A DNA stretch of 64,000 nucleotides from a virus. Positions 55,240 to 64,000 of the stretch are shown piece by piece. The position numbers were made by a program, and so were the translations under genes. The notes below the pieces were generated by a model. It worked only from the letters and a program-made list of their open reading frames with translations. It was not told the origin of the DNA and made no database searches. How positions within the stretch are numbered: position 1 is the stretch's first letter; the number at the start of each line of letters is the position of its first letter. The stretch spans positions 44,456 to 108,455 of the IMG/VR virus record IMGVR_UViG_3300008113_000012; one strand, given 5' to 3'.

Positions 55240-57759
55240 ATGGACAAAAACCTCAACCCTATTGCCGCTGAATTATTTGGGAAAATTCGCACACAATTTC
55301 CTAAGATTCAACTTGGTGATGCTAACAGTGCAGTTACTGATCGCCCTGAAGACGCACGTTTCTTTGAATTTGACTTTGTTAAAAAAGGAGCCAGTCTTGG
55401 TACAGTTTCAGTAGACATATCTGAAGATGACGGAATGGTTGTGATTTATAGCAATGAAATTACAGACGGGCAACCTGCCGGTGTAGCAAAACAGTGGTTT
55501 AATTTTCTAAGAGAATTACGAGAATTTGCCAAACAAAACATGATGAAGTTCTCTATTAGAGATACTACAAAAAGCAATTTAGATAAAAGAGATTATCAAC
55601 ACTTAGCCAATAAACACGGAGAAGCGGCAATGAATGAAAGTAAATTATGGGGAACTAACAAGACAAGTTTCCAAAATATAGGTGAAGCTAAACTAATTGT
55701 TAGACACAATCAGCCTGTTAATCTTGACCTTGCCGCAGGACGTACTATGCACATCGAAAGCATTTATGTTGAAAGTGCAGAGGGTGAAAGATTTAAGTAT
55801 CCATTTAAACATTTAAACGGTGCTCGTGCATTAGCTAATCACGTATCACATGGTGGTAATAGTTATGATCCTATTGGACAACATATTATTGGCCTAAGTG
55901 AAGAAATGAACAAGCTACGTATGTTCAAAGGTTATGTAAGTCGTAATCCAGTTGTTAGTGAAGCAATGGGTGCAATTAACAATAAAGTGTTTGAACGTAT
56001 TGATCAAGTTAAAAAAGAAATTCATCAATTACAAAGCCCTAACTATTACGCATCATTTGCAGAATCTTTTGCCAGTGTAGAAGAACAGATGATCCCAGAA
56101 GATGTAGTTAATGATTGGATTGATCGCTTAACTATCCGTAGTTTTAATGAAGAACTAAAAAATGTATTCCCATACATTTATAAACTAGTTGGAGAAGAAG
56201 TTGATGTTATTAAAGAATTATCTGCAGATGATTTGCTAGCCGAAAATCCTAATGATTCAACACCACACGTTCCAAAAGACTACCAAACAAGAGAGCCTTT
56301 AAAGAAAGGTCCAGATGGTAAGTGGCGCAATAGCAAAGGCGAAGAGCGCGATAGTATGCACGGTGGCCCACTCAGACCAGACGGTAGTGCAACAATGCGT
56401 AGCATGACTTCACGCAAAGAAGAATCTTTAGAAGATGCATATGAATCTTTCTTAAACAATCTAGTCAGTGAAGAAAGCGATCTGTTTAACAACGACGAAA
56501 CATCAAGTGTGGCGCTACAAAAACTAAATGCACTAATGGGACAAGAGTTCCCAGGCGGCGCTGACGGTACTAATGCTATTCAAAGTCTTGCTGGAATTAT
56601 TGACGATGAAGAATTAAACAACGCATTAAAAGTTGTTGCTAATTTAGATCCAGAAAGCGATCTACGTGACATTGTTAAACAATATCTCGAAAAGAAAGAT
56701 GAAGAAAATGGAACTGACATTGCTACAAAGGTAAACTTTGGAGAACCAAGTGCTACACCTGCTCCAGCTGAACCGGTGGCAGCAGCTCCTGCTCCAGAAG
56801 CTCCTCCAGCTGAACCGGTGGCACCTGCTCCTGCTGCTCCGGTAGCTGAAGAAAAAGAAGATCCTCCGTTTGACGGTCCTTACAAAAAGCCAGGCGACAA
56901 CAAAGACCAGTTTGGAAACACTGTTAAGAATCCTGCTCGTCATGCCGCTAAGAAAGGTATGGCAGCAGCCATTGCTAAAGCCAAGAAAGCTGGTGCTACT
57001 GCTGAGACTATGGTTAACTTTGGGTCCGGCGAAATGTCATTAGGTGAAGCAATTACTAAAGCCGGAATGGATGTTGAAGAATTTTTTGAAAGTAGCGGTA
57101 AGCAAAACGAAGTAGTTGAGTTTGTTAAATCAATGTATGATGAGACAACTGGTAATTTTCCTAAAGGTGAAACTGGAGTATTGCTAGCAGTTGAAAAACA
57201 ATTTGGCGAAGATGCTGCTCACATAGCACATAAAGTTATCAGCGAATTGTCACACGTTTATGAGTCAAATCGTCTGCGTCAGTTAGCCGGTTTGGAAGAA
57301 GGGTATTACGATCTTAACAGTGACTTACCCGGAATGGAACCAATTGACTTTTCATCTAAACCCAGTTTCAAAGAGTTGATTACTCGTTATACACAACTTG
57401 TTTATCAAGGTCACGCTAGCGAAACAAGTCCTGAAGAAGATCGAGAATACGACGAGATCGAGCAGTACGTTGCAAAACGCTTCGGCGAAAAAGGTTCTGC
57501 ACATTTACAAAAAGCTGGCGAAGTCAGTTATTGGGGTAGAGATGACAAGCCGTTTGGTCGTGACTCTCGTAGCAGCAACCTAGGTCGTCCAAATCAACCT
57601 AGCGGAGATTTCCGTACAACCAAGGCAGGCAAGATGCATGGTCAAGATGCTAAGATGATGAAAAATAAAGTTGCTGATAGATTAGGTCGTCATCCCGAAC
57701 CTAACTTGCCAGAATCTTCAGAATTGGCTGCAATGTTAAGAATTGCCGGTTTAAGATGA
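55240..57759 (+). CDS. Large acidic hypothetical protein (putative internal head/core protein)
   Basis: Start probably ATG 55240, 5 nt after TAAATA; PAEPVA repeats; LRQLAGL and MLRIAGL motifs; many [LFM]xE sites. Confidence 0.6.
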   Translation: MDKNLNPIAAELFGKIRTQFPKIQLGDANSAVTDRPEDARFFEFDFVKKGASLGTVSVDISEDDGMVVIYSNEITDGQPAGVAKQWFNFLRELREFAKQNMMKFSIRDTTKSNLDKRDYQHLANKHGEAAMNESKLWGTNKTSFQNIGEAKLIVRHNQPVNLDLAAGRTMHIESIYVESAEGERFKYPFKHLNGARALANHVSHGGNSYDPIGQHIIGLSEEMNKLRMFKGYVSRNPVVSEAMGAINNKVFERIDQVKKEIHQLQSPNYYASFAESFASVEEQMIPEDVVNDWIDRLTIRSFNEELKNVFPYIYKLVGEEVDVIKELSADDLLAENPNDSTPHVPKDYQTREPLKKGPDGKWRNSKGEERDSMHGGPLRPDGSATMRSMTSRKEESLEDAYESFLNNLVSEESDLFNNDETSSVALQKLNALMGQEFPGGADGTNAIQSLAGIIDDEELNNALKVVANLDPESDLRDIVKQYLEKKDEENGTDIATKVNFGEPSATPAPAEPVAAAPAPEAPPAEPVAPAPAAPVAEEKEDPPFDGPYKKPGDNKDQFGNTVKNPARHAAKKGMAAAIAKAKKAGATAETMVNFGSGEMSLGEAITKAGMDVEEFFESSGKQNEVVEFVKSMYDETTGNFPKGETGVLLAVEKQFGEDAAHIAHKVISELSHVYESNRLRQLAGLEEGYYDLNSDLPGMEPIDFSSKPSFKELITRYTQLVYQGHASETSPEEDREYDEIEQYVAKRFGEKGSAHLQKAGEVSYWGRDDKPFGRDSRSSNLGRPNQPSGDFRTTKAGKMHGQDAKMMKNKVADRLGRHPEPNLPESSELAAMLRIAGLR

Positions 57760-57795
57760 TTGGTAAAAATAAATCATAATTAAGCAAGATTTCTC

Positions 57796-57824
57796 TTGCA
57801 ATGATAAATAAAAGTGCGTACAAT
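57796..57824 (+). promoter_or_regulatory. Sigma70-type promoter with a nested late core
   Basis: TTGCAA-17 nt-TACAAT; TAAATA at 57805-57810 lies in the spacer. Confidence 0.65.
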
Positions 57825-57923
57825 ACAATGTATGCACTTTTTTACTTTACAATGGTGTAAAGTAGATATAGGCAAAACTAGCAGAAATGCAAAACAAACT
57901 TAGGCTAACAATAGGAGATAATC

Positions 57924-58813
57924 ATGGCATCATTAGCTGAAACGGAAATCCTGACAATACATTTTTCTGGGTCGAGAGGGCAATGATTAAACTGCCATTC
58001 GCCGGAGTAAAGGGTTCTACTGACAGTAAGCCAGTGACCGTTAATGTCCCTTGTATGGAAATGTACAACGACGGCACAGCCTGCCCAATCTTGTCCGAAG
58101 TACGTGGTTGGTTCAAAGATCCAGCATTAGAAGATATGGGTCGTAAGTACTGGAAGAAACGTAGTTACATCTTCCAAGGATATGTTGTTGAAGATGGTTT
58201 GAAAGAAGAAAATCGTCCAGAAAATGCAATCCGTAGATTCATCATCGGACCACAGATCTTCCAATTAATCCGTGGCGCATTGCTCGATCCAGAAATGGAC
58301 GACTTGCCAACTGACGCAGTAAACGGCGTTGACTTTAAGTTGATCAAGACTTCAAAAGGTGGTTATGCTGACTACTCTACATCAAAGTGGAGCCGTCGTA
58401 CACGCCCACTAGACAGTGCAGAGGTTGCTAATTTAGAACAACACGGCTTGTTCAAACTAAGCGATTATTTGCCTAAGAAGCCAACTGATGTTGAGTTGAA
58501 AGTTATCAAAGAGATGTTTGAGGCATCAGTTGACGGCGAGCCATACGACATGGATCGTTGGGGTCAATACTTCAAACCAGCAGGCATGGGCCAGGCAACT
58601 GGTGATCCTAACTCTGCTCCTAAGGCAACTCCTGTTGCTCGTACTGCACCAGTGGCAGCACCTGCCGCAGAAGATGCAGCTCCTTGGGAAGAAGAAGTTG
58701 CTACAGCTGAGAAATCATTCTCAGCACCTAAGCAAGAAACAGCACCAGCTGCCGCAGGCGGTGGTCGTGCAGAAGACATTCTTGCTATGATTCGCAATCG
58801 TAACAAGCAGTAA
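57924..58813 (+). CDS. gp32: Single-stranded DNA-binding protein (T4 gp32-like), frame-disrupted near the N-terminus
   Basis: AGGAG RBS then MASLAE at 57924; the body GNPDNTFFW...CMEMY...CPIL...YWKKRSY...GVDFKL.K..GGYADYSTSKW is in another frame (57941-58813). Confidence 0.85.
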
Positions 58814-58875
58814 GTAATACGCTACGGGCCTCTACAATTTAATTGTATGCCCGTGCCGTGTCACCTAACAGCACT

Positions 58876-59520
58876 ATGCAAACACCATTTTCTTTAAATC
58901 GACCAATTATCTATCCGTTGTTTTCAACGCCGATATACTATGTGCCCGATACAAAAATTCAAATAGATAGTACCTTGTTGAACAGGTTGCTAGATAGAAC
59001 AGAATTTCCGGATTTTGTAGAAACTGCTGGATTAAGTAAAAATCAATTTATATTAGATAATCCAGATTTTAAAGATATTCGTAAACTCTGCGAATTACAC
59101 TTACAAGAGTACACAACACAAGTATGTGGTCTCGATAATGAATTTTACATTACTAATTCATGGTTGAGTCGTAATGACCCAAATATAGATCACCCGCCTC
59201 ATGCACATATAAACAGTATTTTTAGTGGGTGTCTGTATCTTAAAAGTTCGCAAAACAGCGAACTATCTTTTGGATCATTAGATCAATTAAGTAAAACGTG
59301 GCCATTAGCATTTAATAGAAAACGAACTAACATATATAATGCCACTAGTTGGTCAGTGCCAGTAGATACTGGTGCAATAGTAATATGGCCTAGCAATGTG
59401 TTTCATAGTAGCAATCCGAATCCGTTAAAAGACACTAGAGTAGTAATGTGCTTCAATACATTTATACAAGGTGATCTAACTGATCCCAAAAAATACGTAA
59501 CTAATTTGGTATTAAAATAA
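58876..59520 (+). CDS. Putative 2OG-Fe(II) oxygenase (TIGR02466-like)
   Basis: LFSTPI; SW; H.H.NS.FSG.LY; G..VIWPS..FH; R....FN. Confidence 0.8.
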   Translation: MQTPFSLNRPIIYPLFSTPIYYVPDTKIQIDSTLLNRLLDRTEFPDFVETAGLSKNQFILDNPDFKDIRKLCELHLQEYTTQVCGLDNEFYITNSWLSRNDPNIDHPPHAHINSIFSGCLYLKSSQNSELSFGSLDQLSKTWPLAFNRKRTNIYNATSWSVPVDTGAIVIWPSNVFHSSNPNPLKDTRVVMCFNTFIQGDLTDPKKYVTNLVLK

Positions 59521-59532
59521 TAGGAGATTAAT

Positions 59533-59727
59533 ATGTCTAAAAAATTAAACAAACTTACAAAAGTAAATGAATCATTTACAATTAATCGTTATGACAACGG
59601 CTTCATGATCGAAGTTAGTGGTCGTGATAAAGATAACGAATGGAAAAACTGCAAAGTAATGTGCAGTACAGAAGCTGAACTATTTGAAGTAGTCAAAGAA
59701 GCGTTAGCAATGGAAATGGATAGTTAA
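59533..59727 (+). CDS. Hypothetical protein
   Basis: AGGAG RBS; 64-aa ORF. Confidence 0.7.
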   Translation: MSKKLNKLTKVNESFTINRYDNGFMIEVSGRDKDNEWKNCKVMCSTEAELFEVVKEALAMEMDS

Positions 59728-59729
59728 TC

Positions 59730-60809
59730 ATGGCAACAAAAGCATTTGACTTATCGAAATTCCGTAAAACCCTAACCAAGAGCATTGATGGTTTAGGTGT
59801 TGGCTTTAATGATCCTACAGATTGGATCTCAACAGGCAACTATGCTCTAAACTATTTGATTAGTTCAGATTTTAACAAAGGTGTGCCACTTGGTAAAGTG
59901 ACAGTCCTTGCAGGTGAATCAGGTGCTGGCAAGAGCTACATCTGTTCAGGCAACCTTATCAAAGCCGCTCAACAACAAGGCATTTATGTAGTGTTAGTTG
60001 ACAGCGAAAACGCTCTTGATGAGAAATGGCTTCATGCACTTGGCGTAGATACAAGTGAACAAAAGCTATTAAAACTTAACATGGCTATGATTGACGACGT
60101 GGCAAAAACCATTAGTGAATTCATGAAAGAGTATAAAACAATGGATGAAGCAACTCGTCCTAAAGTATTGTTTGTAATTGACTCATTGGGTATGTTGTTA
60201 ACTCCTACTGACGTTAATCAGTTCGAAGCAGGTGAAATGAAAGGTGACATGGGTCGTAAGCCTAAGGCACTTACAAGTCTTGTTCGTAACTGTGTAAACA
60301 TGTTTGGTAGTTATAATGTTGGATTAGTTTGTACTAATCACACATACGCAAGCCAGGATATGTTTGATCCAGATGACAAAATCTCAGGCGGTCAAGGCTT
60401 TATCTATGCGTCTAGCATTGTTATTGCTATGCGTAAATTGAAATTAAAAACTGATGCTGATGGTAATAAAACTACAACTGTCAACGGTATCCGTGCAGCC
60501 TGTAAGATTATGAAAACACGCTATGCTAAGCCGTTTGAATCTGTTCAAGTTGAGATTCCGTATGCAACAGGTATGAGTCCTTATAGCGGCTTAACAGACC
60601 TGTGTGAGGCAAAAGGTTTTCTTACAAAAGATGGCAACAGACTTAAATACGTTTCTACAGATGGTACAGAGATTAAAATGTATCGTAAGGAATGGGAACG
60701 TAATGAAGAAGGATGCCTTGACAAAGTTATGTCAGAGTTTAATGATGTTCGCTCAGTTCCTACAGTACAACTTGCCATTGATGAAGAAACTGGAGAAATT
60801 ATAGAATGA
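59730..60809 (+). CDS. uvsX: RecA-like recombinase UvsX
   Basis: ISTGNYALN, GESGAGKS, DSENA, VIDSLG, TNHTY, SGG.G..YASS. Confidence 0.93.
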   Translation: MATKAFDLSKFRKTLTKSIDGLGVGFNDPTDWISTGNYALNYLISSDFNKGVPLGKVTVLAGESGAGKSYICSGNLIKAAQQQGIYVVLVDSENALDEKWLHALGVDTSEQKLLKLNMAMIDDVAKTISEFMKEYKTMDEATRPKVLFVIDSLGMLLTPTDVNQFEAGEMKGDMGRKPKALTSLVRNCVNMFGSYNVGLVCTNHTYASQDMFDPDDKISGGQGFIYASSIVIAMRKLKLKTDADGNKTTTVNGIRAACKIMKTRYAKPFESVQVEIPYATGMSPYSGLTDLCEAKGFLTKDGNRLKYVSTDGTEIKMYRKEWERNEEGCLDKVMSEFNDVRSVPTVQLAIDEETGEIIE

Positions 60810-61054
60810 ACGAAAATCATATTGGTGATATTTGGATGTTGTTTAAAGAGTACGTTGATAAAAAAGTACTTGATGTATTAGCAGAAAGATACGTTGATTT
60901 GTTAGCAGATCACGGTGTCAGCGATAAGGTTATGGCCGGCGCCTCTGGTGTTGACGATGACCTTGACAATGCTATTGACTTTTATCTAGATGAAACAAGT
61001 GACGAAGAAGAACTCGACGAAGAAGATTTAGATTCTTATGAAGATGATGAATAA
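60806..61054 (+). CDS. Small acidic hypothetical protein
   Basis: ATGA overlap with uvsX; D/E-rich tail. Confidence 0.65.
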   Translation: MNENHIGDIWMLFKEYVDKKVLDVLAERYVDLLADHGVSDKVMAGASGVDDDLDNAIDFYLDETSDEEELDEEDLDSYEDDE

Positions 61055-61057
61055 TCT

Positions 61058-61513
61058 ATGACTTGGTATACAAAAGTTTCAAAAGACATCTCGTATATTC
61101 CCGATGCCGTGGCGCACTATGAGCTTGAATTACAGGCAGCAAAGACAGATGCTCGCATAGCGGGGAACATTGAAAAAGCCGCTGCCAGGATGCCTGGCAT
61201 TGTGGAAGAACGATTTGGTCAGCTACAAGAAATTGAAGCAATTTTGGAATATTTGAATATTGAGTTACGTCGACTTAAGAGTCAACACTTCAGAAAATAT
61301 TTAGAAAACTATCAAAGGGCTTTATCTTCGAGAGACTGTGAAAAGTTTGTTGAAGGTGAGTCTGATGTAGTAGATTTTGAAAAAATTATCAACGAATTTG
61401 CCTTGCTACGTAACAAGTGGCTTGGCATTACTAAAGCTCTTGACCAGAAACAATGGCAAATAACAAATATTGTTAAGTTGCGAGTTGCTGGTATGGAAGA
61501 CGCTACCCTATAA
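61058..61513 (+). CDS. uvsY: Recombination mediator UvsY-like
   Basis: Helical ~150 aa between uvsX and uvsW; K.LD.K.WQI.NIVKLR..G ending. Confidence 0.75.
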   Translation: MTWYTKVSKDISYIPDAVAHYELELQAAKTDARIAGNIEKAAARMPGIVEERFGQLQEIEAILEYLNIELRRLKSQHFRKYLENYQRALSSRDCEKFVEGESDVVDFEKIINEFALLRNKWLGITKALDQKQWQITNIVKLRVAGMEDATL

Positions 61514-61552
61514 ATCAATAACACCAAAATTTAGGTATTTTTCTGTAAACTC

Positions 61553-61581
61553 TTGACTTTCTGTCAACAGTAGTATACAAT
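61553..61581 (+). promoter_or_regulatory. Sigma70-type promoter
   Basis: TTGACT-17 nt-TACAAT; -35 lies within the ttgac-tttct-gtcaa inverted repeat. Confidence 0.7.
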
Positions 61582-61587
61582 TTACTT

Positions 61588-62766
61588 ATGATAACAACTG
61601 ACTCATTGCTCATAGAGCTGTTCCAACAAGGAATCGAAAGACTGGAAATTACTATCCCAACTAGAGATAAGAAAATTTTAATCAGCCTTTCAAAACAAAT
61701 TATATCGGGTCACTTTTTAACCGAAAATCAGGCAAAATTGCTGGGGAAAATTCTCAAAGAAAATTCCAAGCATTTGCCTCAGTTGACTGAAGAGCATCGT
61801 GCTGTAGTTGAGTTTCCAACATGGAGCCAACCTTTTAGAGTCATCGAACAGCTGAGAAAAATATTCATTGTCAAAGACAATGATAGTCGAATAATTGTCG
61901 AATTTACCTATAATAAGCGACTGCGACAGGTCATTGCAGACCTTAATAAATCCATTGAAGGTCAGATGCTATCAATTAATGGGAAGCAGTACAGCATCCC
62001 ACTAACTGAACAGAATGTACATACCGTAGTCAATACCTTCAAATCACAAGGCTTTGACATTGACCCAATTTTGATGAGATTTTATGAAGAAATTTTAGAA
62101 ATTTTGTTAGGTACTGCTGACCAGTTTGAAATATTCAAAATTACAAATGACAAGATGTTGTCGTTAATAAAGAAAGATGTAACAGACATCGATGAAAATA
62201 ATTTAAAACTTCTTAATGATCGAAGTCATCGATTTCAATACTCGATTTATCCTAAAAATTCAGAAATTTCACTGTCAAATTCACTAGCAAACAGGCCTGG
62301 CACAAAGGTCTGGATTGACAGCAACACTACTCCTATTACAGATATTATTCAGGCACTACAGACATTAAATCGACTTCCAGTACTATTAGTATTTAATGGC
62401 CACGACTCAAAGGAATCATTGCAAAATCTGAAAAAATTAGCAGGTGCTTTAGAAAATAACAACATTAAGACTAGTGCCGGAATTTACTTTAGATTTGACA
62501 ATGTCACAGACAATAACAAAGAATTTAATCAACTCATCTCTCATCTAGGATATAACACACCCCTAGATGACACAATTTTAGTAGCAGGAATTGCTAACAA
62601 TAAATTGCCAAAATTCATGTTAAAAAATGGATGGTATCCTAGCAGTGTTATTAGTTTTTCAAATAATTTTAAAAGTAATAAAACCAGTGTCTATTGCGAT
62701 GCAGTTGATTTGATAGTATACTACAATGACAAACGTCCCTTAGGAGGGGTAGATGCCATCGTGTAA
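61588..62766 (+). CDS. Hypothetical protein
   Basis: 392-aa ORF overlapping the uvsW start. Confidence 0.7.
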   Translation: MITTDSLLIELFQQGIERLEITIPTRDKKILISLSKQIISGHFLTENQAKLLGKILKENSKHLPQLTEEHRAVVEFPTWSQPFRVIEQLRKIFIVKDNDSRIIVEFTYNKRLRQVIADLNKSIEGQMLSINGKQYSIPLTEQNVHTVVNTFKSQGFDIDPILMRFYEEILEILLGTADQFEIFKITNDKMLSLIKKDVTDIDENNLKLLNDRSHRFQYSIYPKNSEISLSNSLANRPGTKVWIDSNTTPITDIIQALQTLNRLPVLLVFNGHDSKESLQNLKKLAGALENNNIKTSAGIYFRFDNVTDNNKEFNQLISHLGYNTPLDDTILVAGIANNKLPKFMLKNGWYPSSVISFSNNFKSNKTSVYCDAVDLIVYYNDKRPLGGVDAIV

Positions 62767-64000
62767 ATTAATTATCCAAGATGAGGTAAATCTTAAGGTA
62801 GAAGGGCTTCCTGTTGAAATTCGACGCAAGTTAGCAAATACTTTTAAGTATGAGGATCCAACTGCCCGATATCGTCCAGCATACAAGTTAGGACGATGGG
62901 ATGGCGCAATTACCTTATTCGGATTAGGTGGCAATGGCTATCTTAGTCAGTTGCCTAAAATCTTAGAAGTTCTGGAAAAAAGTGGTGTTGAGATAACAGA
63001 AATTGTCGACAACCGTGCGCCTATTAATTTACAATTTCCTCGTGTTGAAACAGACTTCTGGGGAGATCAGACATGGCCTGTAGGACATCGTTTTGCAGGC
63101 GAGCCAATTAGACTACGAGAAGATCAAGTAGAAGTAGTTAACAAATTTCTCGAAAATCCTCAGTGTCTACAGGAAATTGCCACTGGCTTTGGTAAGACAA
63201 TTACCACTGCAACATTGGCAAAGATTTGTGAACCTTATGGCAGAACTTTTACTATTGTGCCTAATAAGAGTCTTGTTGAACAAACAGAAGAAGACTTTAT
63301 CAACTGTGGATTAGATGTCGGTGTCTACTATGGTGATCGTAAAGATCTATACAAAACACACACTATTGCTACATGGCAAAGTCTTAACATCCTTGACAAG
63401 AAAAGCAAGAATCACGAGCAAGATATTCTAACCCTTGCTGAATTTCTCGACGGCGTTCAAACAATTATGGTTGATGAAGTACACATGGCTAAGGCTACTG
63501 TGCTGAGAAATTTGTTAACACAAAACTTTAATAATGCCGCAATCCGATGGGGATTAACAGGCACAGTACCTAAAGAAGACTTTGAAGCAGAACAGATTTT
63601 TGCAAGTCTTGGTCCAGTAGTACACGAAGTTCATGCACACGAATTACAAGCACAAGGTGTATTGTCAGCTTGTCACGTAAACATTACACAACTTATTGAC
63701 TTACCAGAATTTAAGTCATATGCCGAAGAATACAAGTATCTTGTCACTGATGAAGACAGGATGATTTTTATATCAAAACTAGTAAATGGTATTTCTAATA
63801 GTGGCAATACTCTTGTACTAGTAAATCGAATAGAGACAGGTAAATTTATTGTCAACGAAATTCCAGACAGTGTCTTTATTTCAGGTGAAGTAAAAACTAA
63901 AGATAGAAAGAGTGAATACGATGAAGTTAAAACTGTTGATAACAAGATTATTGTGGCGACTTACGGTGTGGCCGCTGTGGGTATTAATATCCCCCGTATT
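62753..64000 (+). CDS. uvsW: SF2 DNA helicase UvsW-like, 3'-truncated by window edge (missing from the ORF track)
   Basis: AGGAGG RBS, ATG 62753; GRWDG, LREDQ, ATGFGKT, MVDEVH, WGLTGT, FISGE, ATYGVAAVGINIP. Confidence 0.93.
   Translation, partial: MPSCKLIIQDEVNLKVEGLPVEIRRKLANTFKYEDPTARYRPAYKLGRWDGAITLFGLGGNGYLSQLPKILEVLEKSGVEITEIVDNRAPINLQFPRVETDFWGDQTWPVGHRFAGEPIRLREDQVEVVNKFLENPQCLQEIATGFGKTITTATLAKICEPYGRTFTIVPNKSLVEQTEEDFINCGLDVGVYYGDRKDLYKTHTIATWQSLNILDKKSKNHEQDILTLAEFLDGVQTIMVDEVHMAKATVLRNLLTQNFNNAAIRWGLTGTVPKEDFEAEQIFASLGPVVHEVHAHELQAQGVLSACHVNITQLIDLPEFKSYAEEYKYLVTDEDRMIFISKLVNGISNSGNTLVLVNRIETGKFIVNEIPDSVFISGEVKTKDRKSEYDEVKTVDNKIIVATYGVAAVGINIPRI

Noticed and set aside
55225-57759. 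Portal protein (gp20) call for the large ORF after terL
   Set aside because: No gp20 motifs; the protein is acidic and low-complexity, so the portal must lie outside this window
57930-57950. Programmed -1 frameshift restoring gp32
   Set aside because: No X-XXY-YYZ slippery heptamer, and the product would still lack the conserved RFLP strand
1-64000. CRISPR arrays, tRNAs, stop-codon reassignment, inteins in terL/UvsX/UvsW
   Set aside because: No repeat-spacer array or cloverleaf seen by eye; ORFs are long and dense in the standard code; conserved enzymes have normal lengths

Overview
64 kb AT-rich segment of a large T4-related myovirus (Caudoviricetes) genome, read in the standard genetic code. 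It runs from the 3' part of the major capsid gene (gp23) through a ~29 kb block of four giant virion fibre/decoration proteins that form two paralogous pairs (1268/1746 aa and 2723/3473 aa), with small adaptor-like genes among them. Next come a fibre protein, a 40-Cys protein and a chaperone-like ORF, followed by a GT9-like glycosyltransferase, a NodU/CmcH carbamoyltransferase and a sulfotransferase. After these lie an inverted gp14-gp15-Nudix unit, gp13, dNMP kinase, an HNH protein, tail sheath/tube, gp4, the terminase subunits and internal head proteins, and finally gp32 (frame-disrupted), a 2OG-Fe(II) oxygenase, UvsX, UvsY and a partial UvsW. Top candidates for new biology: (1) a late-expressed modification cassette next to a Cys-rich fibre-tip protein, possibly for virion S-glycosylation and decoration; (2) tandem phycobiliprotein-like CxRD helical repeats inside the 3473-aa virion protein; (3) structured RNA leaders and leaderless TAAATA-N4-7-ATG late genes. 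No tRNA, CRISPR array, integrase or reverse transcriptase was seen. All calls come from motif recognition by eye; no database searches were run.
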